A DNA stretch of 64,000 bases, taken from the IMG/VR virus record IMGVR_UViG_3300023214_000431. The stretch is one strand, 5' to 3'. The notes under the pieces are model-generated. The model saw only the letters and a program-made list of their open reading frames with translations, had not been told where the DNA came from and ran no database searches. Made by a program: the position numbers and the translations under genes. Shown here piece after piece: positions 38,821 through 48,261 of this stretch. The DNA is from an uncultured virus (IMG/VR IMGVR_UViG_3300023214_000431). Lineage: Duplodnaviria > Heunggongvirae > Uroviricota > Caudoviricetes. Each line of letters begins with the position of its first letter. The first letter of the stretch is position 1.

Positions 38821-39240
38821 ATGTTTGACAAACCAAAAACCAAATTCGGGATGGTATTTCTTTGGGTTGTTCGCATCAGCGCGGTACTTCTCCCGGCAAC
38901 CGCGAGCGCATACGTCAGCTATCGAGAAGCAAAAGCTGAGTTCGAAGAGAAGGCAGGGGCCGGGTACGATGTGCTTCTTCAAGCGGTCGAAAAGCTCTCC
39001 GACACTGTTGCCGACCAAACCGAGAAGATCGGATACCTGCAAGGTCGCATCGACAGCATCGACGCAGCCCTGGATGACGTGGTGGTCGAGGGGGATGCTG
39101 CCGAAGAAGAAGGAGCCCCTTCGCCACCTGTCCTACATCCGATGCCTGCCACGCCCCGAAAGACGATCTTCAAGCAAGAGCTGCCTCGCGACCTCGATGG
39201 CGCCTACCAGATGCAGCAAGACAAAGCCATCAATTTCTGA
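38821..39240 (+). CDS. Membrane-anchored coiled-coil protein
   Basis: N-terminal TM then heptad region. Confidence 0.55.
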   Translation: MFDKPKTKFGMVFLWVVRISAVLLPATASAYVSYREAKAEFEEKAGAGYDVLLQAVEKLSDTVADQTEKIGYLQGRIDSIDAALDDVVVEGDAAEEEGAPSPPVLHPMPATPRKTIFKQELPRDLDGAYQMQQDKAINF

Positions 39241-39286
39241 AATAATCTCGGATTTCGATAACCCCTTTCCACAGGACGAAACACCC

Positions 39287-39766
39287 ATGGGCCAAAAAGT
39301 CGCTCGCACAGGCATTCGGCGTAAGCCGGACAGGATGTATTTCATCAAAGGTACGACCGTCTACTCCGTTGCGAGAGGACGCAAAGGTGCTCCGCACAAG
39401 AAGGAAGTTTCGTTCCGCCACGAGCGCGACAACGAATACATCTACTTCCTCGATGGCGATGGCGATGTCGCTCGTGCCAAACGCAAGTTGGGCGGTCGTC
39501 GGAAGAAAAAGAAGTCCACGAAACGTCGCAGTTCTGGCCGCAAAGCGACGAAGCGAACGGCCACGAAACGCAAGACGACTAAGCGCAAGGTCGCCAAGCG
39601 TCGTGCGAGCACGACCACGACCACCACACGCAAAGCGCCCAAGCGCAAAGCGCCCAAGCGCAAAGTCGCCAAAAAGGCAGCGAGCAAGAAGTCCGACCCC
39701 AAGAAGAAGGCGCTCAAGAAGGTCATGAAGGAACTCAAGGCCATGGGTCGCGGTCTGAAGAAATAG
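39287..39766 (+). CDS. Basic chromatin-like protein: CC1-like domain plus histone-H1-like tail
   Basis: Repeats R.PDRMYFI / RDNEYIYFLDGDGDVARAK, then ~90 aa K/R/T/A-rich tail. Confidence 0.65.
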   Translation: MGQKVARTGIRRKPDRMYFIKGTTVYSVARGRKGAPHKKEVSFRHERDNEYIYFLDGDGDVARAKRKLGGRRKKKKSTKRRSSGRKATKRTATKRKTTKRKVAKRRASTTTTTTRKAPKRKAPKRKVAKKAASKKSDPKKKALKKVMKELKAMGRGLKK

Positions 39767-39776
39767 GAGAAGCACG

Positions 39777-40196
39777 ATGAGCGAGGAAAAGAAGTCACGT
39801 TTCCAAACGAGCGAGTTTTGGCTCTCGCTCATCACGACCATGCTATCAGTGGCAATGGTCGTCCTCAAAGATGGGCAGGCCATCGCGTGGGCCTCGGGCA
39901 TTGCAGCAGTGATATCCGCAGGCGTCTACGCTTTCTTTCAATCGCCGCTGCCATCTGAACAGCCAGGCGTCCGCAGCAAGGTCTTCTGGACCTCTGTCAT
40001 CACCATCGTTGGCTCAGTCGCTGTCGCGGTATCTGAGCTGGCAATCCCAGGCATTCCACATACCGTTGTTCAGGTCGCCGGTATGATCTCAGCGGCCATC
40101 GCAGCAGGCGGTTACACGATTCACCGTCGCCAAAACAAGCTCGCCGCACACGCCAAGCTCAAGGCGCGGCTCAATCCCGAAGGAACCTCCAAATGA
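39777..40196 (+). CDS. Four-TM holin-like membrane protein with internal duplication
   Basis: KSRFQTSEFW and PGVRSKVFW each precede a TM pair. Confidence 0.55.
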   Translation: MSEEKKSRFQTSEFWLSLITTMLSVAMVVLKDGQAIAWASGIAAVISAGVYAFFQSPLPSEQPGVRSKVFWTSVITIVGSVAVAVSELAIPGIPHTVVQVAGMISAAIAAGGYTIHRRQNKLAAHAKLKARLNPEGTSK

Positions 40197-40651
40197 AAAA
40201 CCTTTTGAAGAACCTCCCCCTGGTTGTCGTCTTCGTCATATTAATGACGAGCGTTGGCTGCCCAGGTTGTCCACCACCGCCCGATAGCACCTTGGGCAAG
40301 GTCATCAACTGCGCAGGTCTCAGCGCCAACCAGGCCATCCCCCTTATCCCCAAAATCAACGACTGCCTCACCGGAGCCGTTGACTGGAAGGGGTGTCTCA
40401 TCAGCCTCATCAGCCCGGCTGCTAATGTCACAACCGATGTTATCGCCTGCGTTGTTCGAGATCAGGGCGCGAAGTTTGCTGAGTCCGCTGACGACCAGCT
40501 CGAAGGAACAGCCGCCTGTGCAGCCGATGACTTCATTCGCGACTACATCCTGGGCGAACAAAAGATGACGTTCGAGGATGGCTACACGCCGCCTCCAAAC
40601 GTCGATGGTCAAGTTTGCGGCGTGCTCCTACAAGCACGAGCGTACGAATAA
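40193..40651 (+). CDS. Putative lipoprotein, Cys-rich
   Basis: Signal peptide ending SVGC. Confidence 0.55.
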   Translation: MKNLLKNLPLVVVFVILMTSVGCPGCPPPPDSTLGKVINCAGLSANQAIPLIPKINDCLTGAVDWKGCLISLISPAANVTTDVIACVVRDQGAKFAESADDQLEGTAACAADDFIRDYILGEQKMTFEDGYTPPPNVDGQVCGVLLQARAYE

Positions 40652-40673
40652 ACCACCGCTGCATGGAGAAAAA

Positions 40674-40931
40674 ATGGGCTACCGAAGCGACAAAGACATG
40701 GGCAATGAGGTCAATCACCTGGGCGGCTTCCGCCCCACTCGTCCCCGCTTCGGTGCCCGCCTCGGCTACGTGCCTGAAGGTCCACGCTTGAGCAACCGTG
40801 ACCTTGTTCTAAACCAGATCTCAGCACCTCCCTGGGGCCAACTTCCCTACATGCCATCTGCGGGATTCATGCAGCGTCCATACTGGATGCACACCCGCTA
40901 TCCCCGAGCGATTCACCGCAAGCGAGGCTGA
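40674..40931 (+). CDS. Hypothetical protein
   Basis: GGAG SD. Confidence 0.45.
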   Translation: MGYRSDKDMGNEVNHLGGFRPTRPRFGARLGYVPEGPRLSNRDLVLNQISAPPWGQLPYMPSAGFMQRPYWMHTRYPRAIHRKRG

Positions 40932-40934
40932 ACC

Positions 40935-41690
40935 ATGCCCGTCACACCACCTGGCCACTACATCCCCAAGCACATCGCCGTCATCAACCACACGCCGTTG
41001 ATGAGCGACATGGACGCGGCCTTTCACACCGAGGCCGTACGCATCCAGCTTCGCGACCATGTGGCTCCTTCCTGGGACAAAGAAGCGCCGGGCATGATGT
41101 TTTACGGCACCGCCGAAAAGCTCAAAGCCGATGAAGCAGCGCTGTTGGCCTACGTGACCGATGACGGCAACGCCGACTCGGCTGGCTACCACGCCATGCT
41201 GGCGGATCTGGTTTATGGCCTCGTGGACGTGCAGCAATCGCGGCGTCCGAGCGTTACGTTGTCACACGAGGGCAACGAGATGTACGGCAACGCTCGGCTC
41301 AACCGCGTCGTGCGTGGGCCGAAGGATCGATTGTATTACGTTGAGCTGAACGATCCAGTACAGCGCCAGACGTACCGGATTCGTGTGACGCTCTTTGGGG
41401 AGTCGCGCGATGTGGAAGTTTCGGACTTCGTGTATCCTGCGTGGTTCGGGATGCAAAACCCTGATGCTTCGAGCAAGCGAACCCACATGGACCAGCCTGT
41501 GCAGCCCTTCGAGATTGCACCGGGCGGCTACCAGATTGCCCAGGAAAACGACGGGCAAATCGTCTTTCTGTCCAAGGCTGGCGAGTTTGCCGCTCGCCAC
41601 AGCAAACACAGTCGCACGAGCCGCATCTTGCAGGGCTGCGACAAAATTCGCCGCGCACGTCAGAACGCCATTCCCCGGTGGTCGCGGTGA
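40935..41690 (+). CDS. Metallopeptidase-like protein (HExxE type)
   Basis: AGYH, TLSHEGNEM, ELNDPVQ, VSDFVYPAWF. Confidence 0.6.
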   Translation: MPVTPPGHYIPKHIAVINHTPLMSDMDAAFHTEAVRIQLRDHVAPSWDKEAPGMMFYGTAEKLKADEAALLAYVTDDGNADSAGYHAMLADLVYGLVDVQQSRRPSVTLSHEGNEMYGNARLNRVVRGPKDRLYYVELNDPVQRQTYRIRVTLFGESRDVEVSDFVYPAWFGMQNPDASSKRTHMDQPVQPFEIAPGGYQIAQENDGQIVFLSKAGEFAARHSKHSRTSRILQGCDKIRRARQNAIPRWSR

Positions 41691-41696
41691 AAGAGC

Positions 41697-41822
41697 TTGA
41701 GGCCAAGAGCGTCCAGGTCGTCGAGAGACGAGATCAGAGAAAAAGGTTTCAAGCCTGAGATGGGCCTTTCCAAGGTTTTGATGAACTCGCTCTACGGCAA
41801 GTTTGGAGTGGAGGATGAGTAA
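41697..41822 (+). other. Mini-ORF carrying a canonical PolB motif B (KVLMNSLYGKFG)
   Basis: Manual translation; motif at 41772-41807; below the ORF-track length cutoff; start uncertain. Confidence 0.5.
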
Positions 41823-42273
41823 AGCGCTCGAAGCCAAGAAAGTCACGGTTGCCGAAGGCGCCGTCATCGACCCGGAGGGACCGCCGCCGACAAGTTTTCG
41901 AGGCGAGCACATTGTGCCGCTCGCAAACGGCACAAAGCAGTTCATCCAACCTTTTCTGGATGCCAGGATTGATGCTGGCCAGACCATCAATTTGGCCTCG
42001 CGTTCGACCGAGATATTCCATCCTGAGCGTCTTGCGATTCCAGCCGAGTACGCAGCGAACGTTCAGATCTTGGACATAAGAATCGGCATGAACTCGCAGC
42101 TTCATATAGTTGGCGCCATCGACGGTTCACTTTTTTCGATGAACAACGAAATGGGCATTGCTCTCAAAATGGATTGGGTGCGACCGCAGATTGATGTCGT
42201 ACTTGTGGTTCGCAACAAGCGAGCTTTCACGGTGCAATTCAACGCCGTGTTAATAGGCCCACTGTTGCAATAG
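41815..42273 (+). CDS. Beta-rich DIRIGxNSQ-family protein (candidate virion/jelly-roll-like)
   Basis: IFHPERLAIP...ILDIRIGMNSQL...FS...LVVRN...FNAVLIG. Confidence 0.6.
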   Translation: MSKALEAKKVTVAEGAVIDPEGPPPTSFRGEHIVPLANGTKQFIQPFLDARIDAGQTINLASRSTEIFHPERLAIPAEYAANVQILDIRIGMNSQLHIVGAIDGSLFSMNNEMGIALKMDWVRPQIDVVLVVRNKRAFTVQFNAVLIGPLLQ

Positions 42274-42285
42274 GAGGACAGCACG

Positions 42286-42519
42286 ATGATCAATTTTGGT
42301 GGATGGCCAGAGCCTGGCTACCGAGTGGACATTGAAGGTGAGATGTCGCAGGAAGAAGAAAAAGCTGCCGACCGGCGCATGATGACCTTCCTGGGCATGA
42401 CGGCAGCCGCGCTCGTAGGCGCCAATGTCGTGATGAACAAGGTTTCCGATCGGGCCAAACGCACGAGCTTCAAGGCTGTCGCCCGCGCAGGGAAAGTCAC
42501 GCCGTTGCCCCTCCCATAA
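42286..42519 (+). CDS. Small single-TM protein
   Basis: AGGAGG SD; one hydrophobic segment. Confidence 0.5.
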   Translation: MINFGGWPEPGYRVDIEGEMSQEEEKAADRRMMTFLGMTAAALVGANVVMNKVSDRAKRTSFKAVARAGKVTPLPLP

Positions 42520-42529
42520 AGGCGTAATA

Positions 42530-42751
42530 ATGATTACACTTGGAGCCACGCCCGACCCCGGCGCACAAGCGCCTGACAGAGCCCCAGAGCCCCCGAAGCC
42601 GGATGGGCTCTCCTGGTCTCAGCGACCGGCTGCGCGTGGGCTGGGGGTGCTCGCTGCGCTCGTGGCGACTGGTTTCGGGGCACACCAGATCTACCGGGCC
42701 AACCGGCCCAAGGCCAGGTGGGTGAAGGGCTCTGAATTGTACCCTCGCTGA
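42530..42751 (+). CDS. Small single-TM protein
   Basis: One hydrophobic segment followed by basic residues. Confidence 0.45.
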   Translation: MITLGATPDPGAQAPDRAPEPPKPDGLSWSQRPAARGLGVLAALVATGFGAHQIYRANRPKARWVKGSELYPR

Positions 42752-42766
42752 CGTTATCCACAGGGC

Positions 42767-43015
42767 GTGGGAAAGATGTGGAAAAGCATCCTCAAAGGGC
42801 TCGATGCCATCGAGAAGGTCGACGAGAAGGTCGACGAGCTGGGGGAGCTGCGCGACCAGGCCGAGGGTGTCGTCGGTCGGGGCATTCTGACCAAGCGCTT
42901 CGTCGAGCGCACGGCACGGCTCAAGGAGGGCCTTGAAGAAAACGCGGCAAGGAAAGAGGGCCCTTCCGACTTGAAGAGCGCAGCCGAGCTGTGGGACTTT
43001 CTCACCAAGGATTGA
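42767..43015 (+). CDS. Hypothetical protein
   Basis: GC3-rich codon usage. Confidence 0.5.
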   Translation: MGKMWKSILKGLDAIEKVDEKVDELGELRDQAEGVVGRGILTKRFVERTARLKEGLEENAARKEGPSDLKSAAELWDFLTKD

Positions 43016-43017
43016 AG

Positions 43018-44016
43018 ATGAAGACGTTCGACGATCTGTACAAACGAGCGCTGAAAGCAGCGAAGAAGCCGCGCAACAAAGCGCGGGCGTCGAGCACCAT
43101 CCATCCTGGCCGGGCTGAAAAGTTTCAAGGGGCGGCATTGGGGCAAATGCCCGGCAAGGGCAAGCGCTACTACATCGTGATTGGCTTTCATCCGAAGGTC
43201 ATCGGCGAAATCGCAAGTGGTGTCCTTCAAGGCGTCAAGGGCATTTCGTCGTGCAAGGAGATCGTGCCTCAGTGGTTCACGATGGGGCGCGATGCCGTGA
43301 TTGTGATGGACGCAAAGGCGGCAGCGCGAGCGAACACTCTGACCGAAATCGAGTACGCGAAGCCAAGCGCACTGTTACGGGACGACATGGCTCTTCTGCA
43401 TCGCTTGTACGACAAGAAGATGACCCCGAGCGGTCGGCAGCAGGTGCTTCTTCATCTCATCGACTCAGCAGGCAAAGGCGCCATGCGTGTGATTCCATCG
43501 AAGATGGAGAAACTCCAAAACAAAATCTCATATTGGGATGGTCGTGCAATCTCCGAAGGAGCTGACGACATCAGTTGGGGTTTCAAAAAGCAGATGGAAA
43601 AAGGCACTGCGCCTCACATCCAGACAGCCTATGACTTGGCGGACTGGCTCACGGACAACGCGCCTGAACTCGTCACGGGGTGGAACAAGAAAGAAGGCTT
43701 CAAGCACCTGACGACATCAGATTGGGAAAAGATGATCGAGTGGGCTGCCTCTGAGATGGGATCTCGATATGAGGAAGAGTGCGAGGTCGTCGTTGCCGAC
43801 GAGAAGCTCGTTGTGCCCAAGGGCTCTTTTCTTTATGTCGCCCATGGCGGCTACCCTGTCAAAAACGAGACACTTCTCCGCGAGCATCTTCCTGCGCTGG
43901 AAAAGCACTATGGAAAGATTTTCTTGGTGAACCCCACGAGTCTTGCAATGGGCAGGCTTCGCGGGAAGGTCATGAAGCGCTCATTTGAGAGGCGCAAGGA
44001 ACGCGGCTACATATGA
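43018..44016 (+). CDS. Hypothetical protein
   Basis: Long ORF (~330 aa). Confidence 0.7.
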   Translation: MKTFDDLYKRALKAAKKPRNKARASSTIHPGRAEKFQGAALGQMPGKGKRYYIVIGFHPKVIGEIASGVLQGVKGISSCKEIVPQWFTMGRDAVIVMDAKAAARANTLTEIEYAKPSALLRDDMALLHRLYDKKMTPSGRQQVLLHLIDSAGKGAMRVIPSKMEKLQNKISYWDGRAISEGADDISWGFKKQMEKGTAPHIQTAYDLADWLTDNAPELVTGWNKKEGFKHLTTSDWEKMIEWAASEMGSRYEEECEVVVADEKLVVPKGSFLYVAHGGYPVKNETLLREHLPALEKHYGKIFLVNPTSLAMGRLRGKVMKRSFERRKERGYI

Positions 44017-44702
44017 AGCTAAGCCGCTACAATTTTCTACCCCTGGCGACCGTCAAACGCTACGAGAAGCTCGCCAAGGCCCGTGGCGTCTCGGATGTAG
44101 CACGCTCGCCTCGCGGCTTTTTGACAGCGTACAAGCGCGCAGGGGGCAAGCCAGCGAACCTGTCAGCCGAATGGCTGCGCAAGCGTGACGCTTTCATCTC
44201 TCGTCACATGGCCCAGGGCAAAAACGAGAACTTGGGTGGGGGCAGAGATCCATCGAGGCGCCACTTGGCACTCATCATGTGGGCGTACTCACCGATGGGC
44301 AAGCGGCTCAAGGCACCAAGGGTCTACGGCTACACGCCTGCGAAGTACTCGCGTGCAGGCTCATACGTCGATGGTCTGCGTGTGGGCGATGACGTGCCCA
44401 ACATGGATTCCATCGACGCCACGGTCGAGGGCGACTTTGACATCCTACCAGGCGTTCGCGAGTTCCCGCTTGCCGACATGGAAGCCAAGACGGTGCGTGA
44501 CTTGTTCTACGCGAAAGACGACATCGACCGTGTATACGCCCTGGCCGAAGAAATCGGGCGCCGAAAGTTCATCAAGCCTCTCATCATCGCCATCGACGCC
44601 GATGGTCCCTACATCGTGGAAGGCGCCCATCGCTTCGGCGCGCTTCTCGTGCTGGGCAAAAAACATCTGCCTGCGGTCATAGTGGACGAAGAGGTTGAGT
44701 AG
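44013..44702 (+). CDS. Two-domain protein with a C-terminal ParB/Srx-like domain
   Basis: IKPLII...YIVEGAHR..AL..LG...LPAVIV. Confidence 0.65.
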   Translation: MKLSRYNFLPLATVKRYEKLAKARGVSDVARSPRGFLTAYKRAGGKPANLSAEWLRKRDAFISRHMAQGKNENLGGGRDPSRRHLALIMWAYSPMGKRLKAPRVYGYTPAKYSRAGSYVDGLRVGDDVPNMDSIDATVEGDFDILPGVREFPLADMEAKTVRDLFYAKDDIDRVYALAEEIGRRKFIKPLIIAIDADGPYIVEGAHRFGALLVLGKKHLPAVIVDEEVE

Positions 44703-45078
44703 GAAGCTCGAAGAGCATTGACTCTTTCCATAACTCTGCAATTTCGGCTTCGGACAGCTTGACCTGAGCGACAGCCTCTTGGGCTAGCTTGGCGGCTTTC
44801 TTGATCAGTCTGCGGTCGGCGGCTGTTAGCTTTTCGCTATCGATCACGTTGATGTACAGATGATGTCCTTGGACACAGACGCAGCCATGGCGCACGAACA
44901 CCTGCCGCCGTAAAATGCCATGGGGCTTGAGCACTTTGCGCACCGCATCCGCCATCCGTTTGTGAATCACATAGGGCGCGCCAAGGGGTAAATCTGGTTG
45001 GAAGTAGGAATCGAGGCGAATACGTATGGTGTGCCACGCAGGCGCCACTCGCCCCGGTTTGTAGTCGACCGCGCTCAC
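44677..45078 (-). CDS. Hypothetical protein
   Basis: ORF in minus-strand run. Confidence 0.5.
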   Translation of the reverse strand: MSAVDYKPGRVAPAWHTIRIRLDSYFQPDLPLGAPYVIHKRMADAVRKVLKPHGILRRQVFVRHGCVCVQGHHLYINVIDSEKLTAADRRLIKKAAKLAQEAVAQVKLSEAEIAELWKESMLFELPTQPLRPL

Positions 45079-45245
45079 AGCGTTCTTCCGTTAGGCGCGT
45101 TCTTTACGGGGCAGGATTCTCAAGGACAATTCACAATCTGCCATGAGAAAGGCCATGGCGACGATGCCGCCGATGCACAGAAGCGCAAGATAGAAGAGCT
45201 TCGAGCGTAGAAGGTATTTCAGGGTGCCTCTGGCGTTCAAGTAGT

Positions 45246-45833
45246 TCATGTAAGTTTCCTGATAGTTGGGGCCTCGTACTGCGGCTTCACTTCCTTGAAG
45301 ATCCGAACGAACATGATTCCTTGTTCGATGGCATCGTCAAGCGCGTGATGCGTAGGGAAGTTGGCCTTGGTAGCTCCTTTGAAGCCTTTTTTGGCTTTGA
45401 GGACGCTCATGGCAAGTGTTTTGATGTCCAGAGCCTGGAAGCCGAACGGCGAGCTGCCGAGGTACTTTATGAAGTACCAGTACAGGAACATGAAGTCATA
45501 GCTCGCGGGATAGGCGACGCAGACGGGCTTGGCCTCGTGCTTGTTGCACAACTGTTCGATCCACCTACGCGTGATGCGCATGGCATCGTCAGGGGCGGCC
45601 GGGTTGACTCGGGTGGCGTCATAGGCCGCCTTGTTTTTCTTCGAGCCGTTCCAGAACTCCATGGTGCCAGGGTGCTGGTCGTTGGAGATCTGAACGAGGT
45701 TCATCTCGTGTGTACCAACTGGCGTTTCGTTGCCAGGCTCGAACGCAGCGAGGCCATAGGACAGCATCGAATACGGGCCTGGAATGGGGCCATCGGATTC
45801 GACATCGAGGGAGAAGTACAGCTCTTTTGCCAT
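45246..45833 (-). CDS. DEDDh 3'-5' exonuclease
   Basis: SLDVESDGPIPG, YDFMF, LDIKT, THHALDDA. Confidence 0.85.
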   Translation of the reverse strand: MAKELYFSLDVESDGPIPGPYSMLSYGLAAFEPGNETPVGTHEMNLVQISNDQHPGTMEFWNGSKKNKAAYDATRVNPAAPDDAMRITRRWIEQLCNKHEAKPVCVAYPASYDFMFLYWYFIKYLGSSPFGFQALDIKTLAMSVLKAKKGFKGATKANFPTHHALDDAIEQGIMFVRIFKEVKPQYEAPTIRKLT

Positions 45834-46213
45834 CAGTTGACCCCGAGGCGATAAGGCGCGTCGCGAATGGTCGAAACGACTTTGGCGCTCAGCTCATCGT
45901 GAAGAGTGTTGAAGCGCTGGGTGGCTTCAACCAACTGCTCGGTGAGCAGCTTGAGCTTGTGAGACATCTGGATGGTCTCTTGCGCGACGCGGTTGCGCAG
46001 AGCCTGTACGGCGCACATTGGATCTATGGCGGCCCACTCGATGGGGATGTAGCCAGACAGTTCATCATCGCATCCAGGCTCTGTCAGCCAGACGATGGAA
46101 TTGTGATGCTTGAGAACTTGGCTGCGCCACACCTTGATTTCGAGGCCGTTCTCGAATGTCGCGAAGTAGACAATCGAGCCAGGCGGCATTCCTTTTTCCA
46201 ACTGTGTCGTCAT
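45833..46213 (-). CDS. Hypothetical protein with a C-terminal coiled coil
   Basis: AGGAG SD; TGATG coupling to the exonuclease. Confidence 0.5.
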   Translation of the reverse strand: MTTQLEKGMPPGSIVYFATFENGLEIKVWRSQVLKHHNSIVWLTEPGCDDELSGYIPIEWAAIDPMCAVQALRNRVAQETIQMSHKLKLLTEQLVEATQRFNTLHDELSAKVVSTIRDAPYRLGVN

Positions 46214-46223
46214 GGCATCTCTC

Positions 46224-46574
46224 CTAGAAGATGGGCTCAGTATCGGGAACATCGTCATCGTCTTCCCAGACGTGATCCCACTTCAGATCGGGGTTCTTGA
46301 AAATCTCGTGCTCGCCTTTGTGGCCCTCGAACTTGTCGCACTGGACGCCTGTGCGTCCATCGCCTTCGCGAGCTGGGCAGCGCCTGCTCAGAGCGAGAAA
46401 GAAGATCACTGTCAGGCAGTGAAACTCGGCATCACTCGATTGCAGCACGCGCTTGTCGACGATGCGTTTGCGAGAGGGGAGGGAAGCGAGCCACAACGTG
46501 ATCTCTTCTCCCAGCTCTGCTCTATCGCGGGCCTTGGTGGCCGTGAAAACTTTCACCTCTGTATACCTCATCAT
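46224..46574 (-). CDS. Conserved small hypothetical domain plus C..H tail
   Basis: VKVFTATKARDR.ELGE.IT.WL...QSSD.EFHCLT. Confidence 0.55.
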   Translation of the reverse strand: MMRYTEVKVFTATKARDRAELGEEITLWLASLPSRKRIVDKRVLQSSDAEFHCLTVIFFLALSRRCPAREGDGRTGVQCDKFEGHKGEHEIFKNPDLKWDHVWEDDDDVPDTEPIF

Positions 46575-46721
46575 CCTGCACCATCCTGTCATTGTCGTGA
46601 CTCGGGGCTTCTCACGGTCACCCGAGCCGAACGCCGCCGTGAGCGGTCCTACACTGCGTCTTCTTTGGTCGTCCCCTACCGGTTCATCCTTCCAAGAGTG
46701 TCACAGTAGGCACGAAGTTGC

Positions 46722-46931
46722 TTAGCTCGTGGCCTCCGGGTCTTGGAGATTCGACGCCGCATCCGCCAGCACAGTCAGCGTTGAGGCGTACTTGCGGGCC
46801 TGGGCAGGAGTGAACTTGACCTTGCCCATGGTCACCTTCTTCTCTTCCGCGTCGAGACCCAAGGTGGGCGGCTTGGCGGGAGCGGGTGACTTGCGAGCCT
46901 TCTTGCCATTGTTGTTGGGAGCATCAGCCAT
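46722..46931 (-). CDS. Hypothetical protein
   Basis: AAAGGA SD. Confidence 0.55.
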   Translation of the reverse strand: MADAPNNNGKKARKSPAPAKPPTLGLDAEEKKVTMGKVKFTPAQARKYASTLTVLADAASNLQDPEATS

Positions 46932-46959
46932 GTGAATCGTTCCTTTCCTTTGCGTGTGT

Positions 46960-47286
46960 TCAGTTGTCGTCTTCGTCGTTGGTTGAAAAAATCAGTGAGC
47001 CAAAGATTGCCGCCGCTCCAATCCCGAGACCGAGCGCGATGGCTGCGAGATGTGCGGGAACTTCATTGGCGGGTGACCAGAGCACCGCCATGAAGAGAAA
47101 AAAGAAGCATGGGATGGCGCCGATGGGCTTTTCGCCTGCCATGGAAAACGTGGTGAGCAGGGCGCCTGTGACGGAGGCGAGGATGAACGTGATAATGATG
47201 GAGACGAGGCCGATGTTTTCCAGAGCGACCGAGCGCAGGAGTACGGCGATGCCGATGACGGTTGCTGTTTGCTTGATGGCTTTCAT
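46960..47286 (-). CDS. Small multi-TM membrane protein
   Basis: Hydrophobic throughout. Confidence 0.55.
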   Translation of the reverse strand: MKAIKQTATVIGIAVLLRSVALENIGLVSIIITFILASVTGALLTTFSMAGEKPIGAIPCFFFLFMAVLWSPANEVPAHLAAIALGLGIGAAAIFGSLIFSTNDEDDN

Positions 47287-47501
47287 GGGGCCTTCTCCAA
47301 TTTTTTGAGGGGCGTCGGAGGGAAATTTTTGTTGATGAAATCGAGAACGGCTTTTCTCGATTCATCCTTGGCCTTGTTGGTGCTCTTCGAGCGCCCTCGA
47401 CCTTCGATGGATTTTTCGATAGGCGCTCGCCTCATCGCCACACAATGAAAGACCCACTCACCGTCTTCATGGATGTTGGGCGCTTTCACTTGATTTGCCA
47501 T
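47283..47501 (-). CDS. Hypothetical protein
   Basis: AAAGGA SD before MANQVK. Confidence 0.45.
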   Translation of the reverse strand: MANQVKAPNIHEDGEWVFHCVAMRRAPIEKSIEGRGRSKSTNKAKDESRKAVLDFINKNFPPTPLKKLEKAP

Positions 47502-47637
47502 TAGTTTATTCCTTTCAGTTACCTGCGACAAAGTTCTCGTTGCACGAGACACACAGAGTGTCGCCCGGCTTGCAGATGTAAAGGCCGCAGCCCTGTCGTT
47601 GATATTCTGTATCTTGGCAAGAGTCAAAATACTTGGG

Positions 47638-47685
47638 TGATACGAAATCTCTGTCCGTTTTTCTGTGGACAGAGATTTCGTATCA
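47638..47685. repeat. Perfect 19-bp inverted repeat
   Basis: TGATACGAAATCTCTGTCC-N10-GGACAGAGATTTCGTATCA. Confidence 0.85.
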
Positions 47686-47886
47686 GCCCTCACTCTCTTC
47701 TTGCCCCTCCTTGCACCCGCGAGCGTTGTGGCCCTTGCCACCGCACTTCGAGCAGGTCATCACGCGCCCGGTTTTCACGTCAGTCTCACCTCGCTCTGCC
47801 TGTTCAGCGGCACGACGCTCGCCAGGGGTGACCTTACGGCCGAACCCGGCGAAGTAGATGAGTCCCCCTAGCCCTTTGTGGTACAC
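47683..47886 (-). CDS. Small CCHC zinc-knuckle protein
   Basis: CSKCGGKGHNARGC. Confidence 0.55.
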   Translation of the reverse strand: MYHKGLGGLIYFAGFGRKVTPGERRAAEQAERGETDVKTGRVMTCSKCGGKGHNARGCKEGQEESEG

Positions 47887-47889
47887 GGC

Positions 47890-48150
47890 TCAGTCCGCCA
47901 GGCCCAGGGCCGCTGCGATACGCGGGTGTTCGTCCTGCACGTCACAGAGGACAGCTCTTGTCACAGCGCCATTGAAGGGCTCGCCGAGGTTATCAGACTC
48001 GAACCACCCACGAATGGAGTTGCCTGGGATCTTGCCCGCGTGAACGAATCGTGCGTCGTACCTACGAGCAATTTGGTGCAGCTTGCGTGCAGCCGAATCC
48101 GTGATGTATCGGCGCACTAAGCCAAACATATGAGGTCCGTTGTTGTACAT
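47890..48150 (-). CDS. Hypothetical protein
   Basis: AAGGAG SD. Confidence 0.55.
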   Translation of the reverse strand: MYNNGPHMFGLVRRYITDSAARKLHQIARRYDARFVHAGKIPGNSIRGWFESDNLGEPFNGAVTRAVLCDVQDEHPRIAAALGLAD

Positions 48151-48261
48151 TGTCTAAACTCCTTGCGATCAAATGAAAGAGAACTGTTATAAAGACGAGC
48201 GAGGCGAGCTTAGTATTCTAAGTATTTTGAATACTCAGAAGATTAGTCGCCGCGCCGGGGG

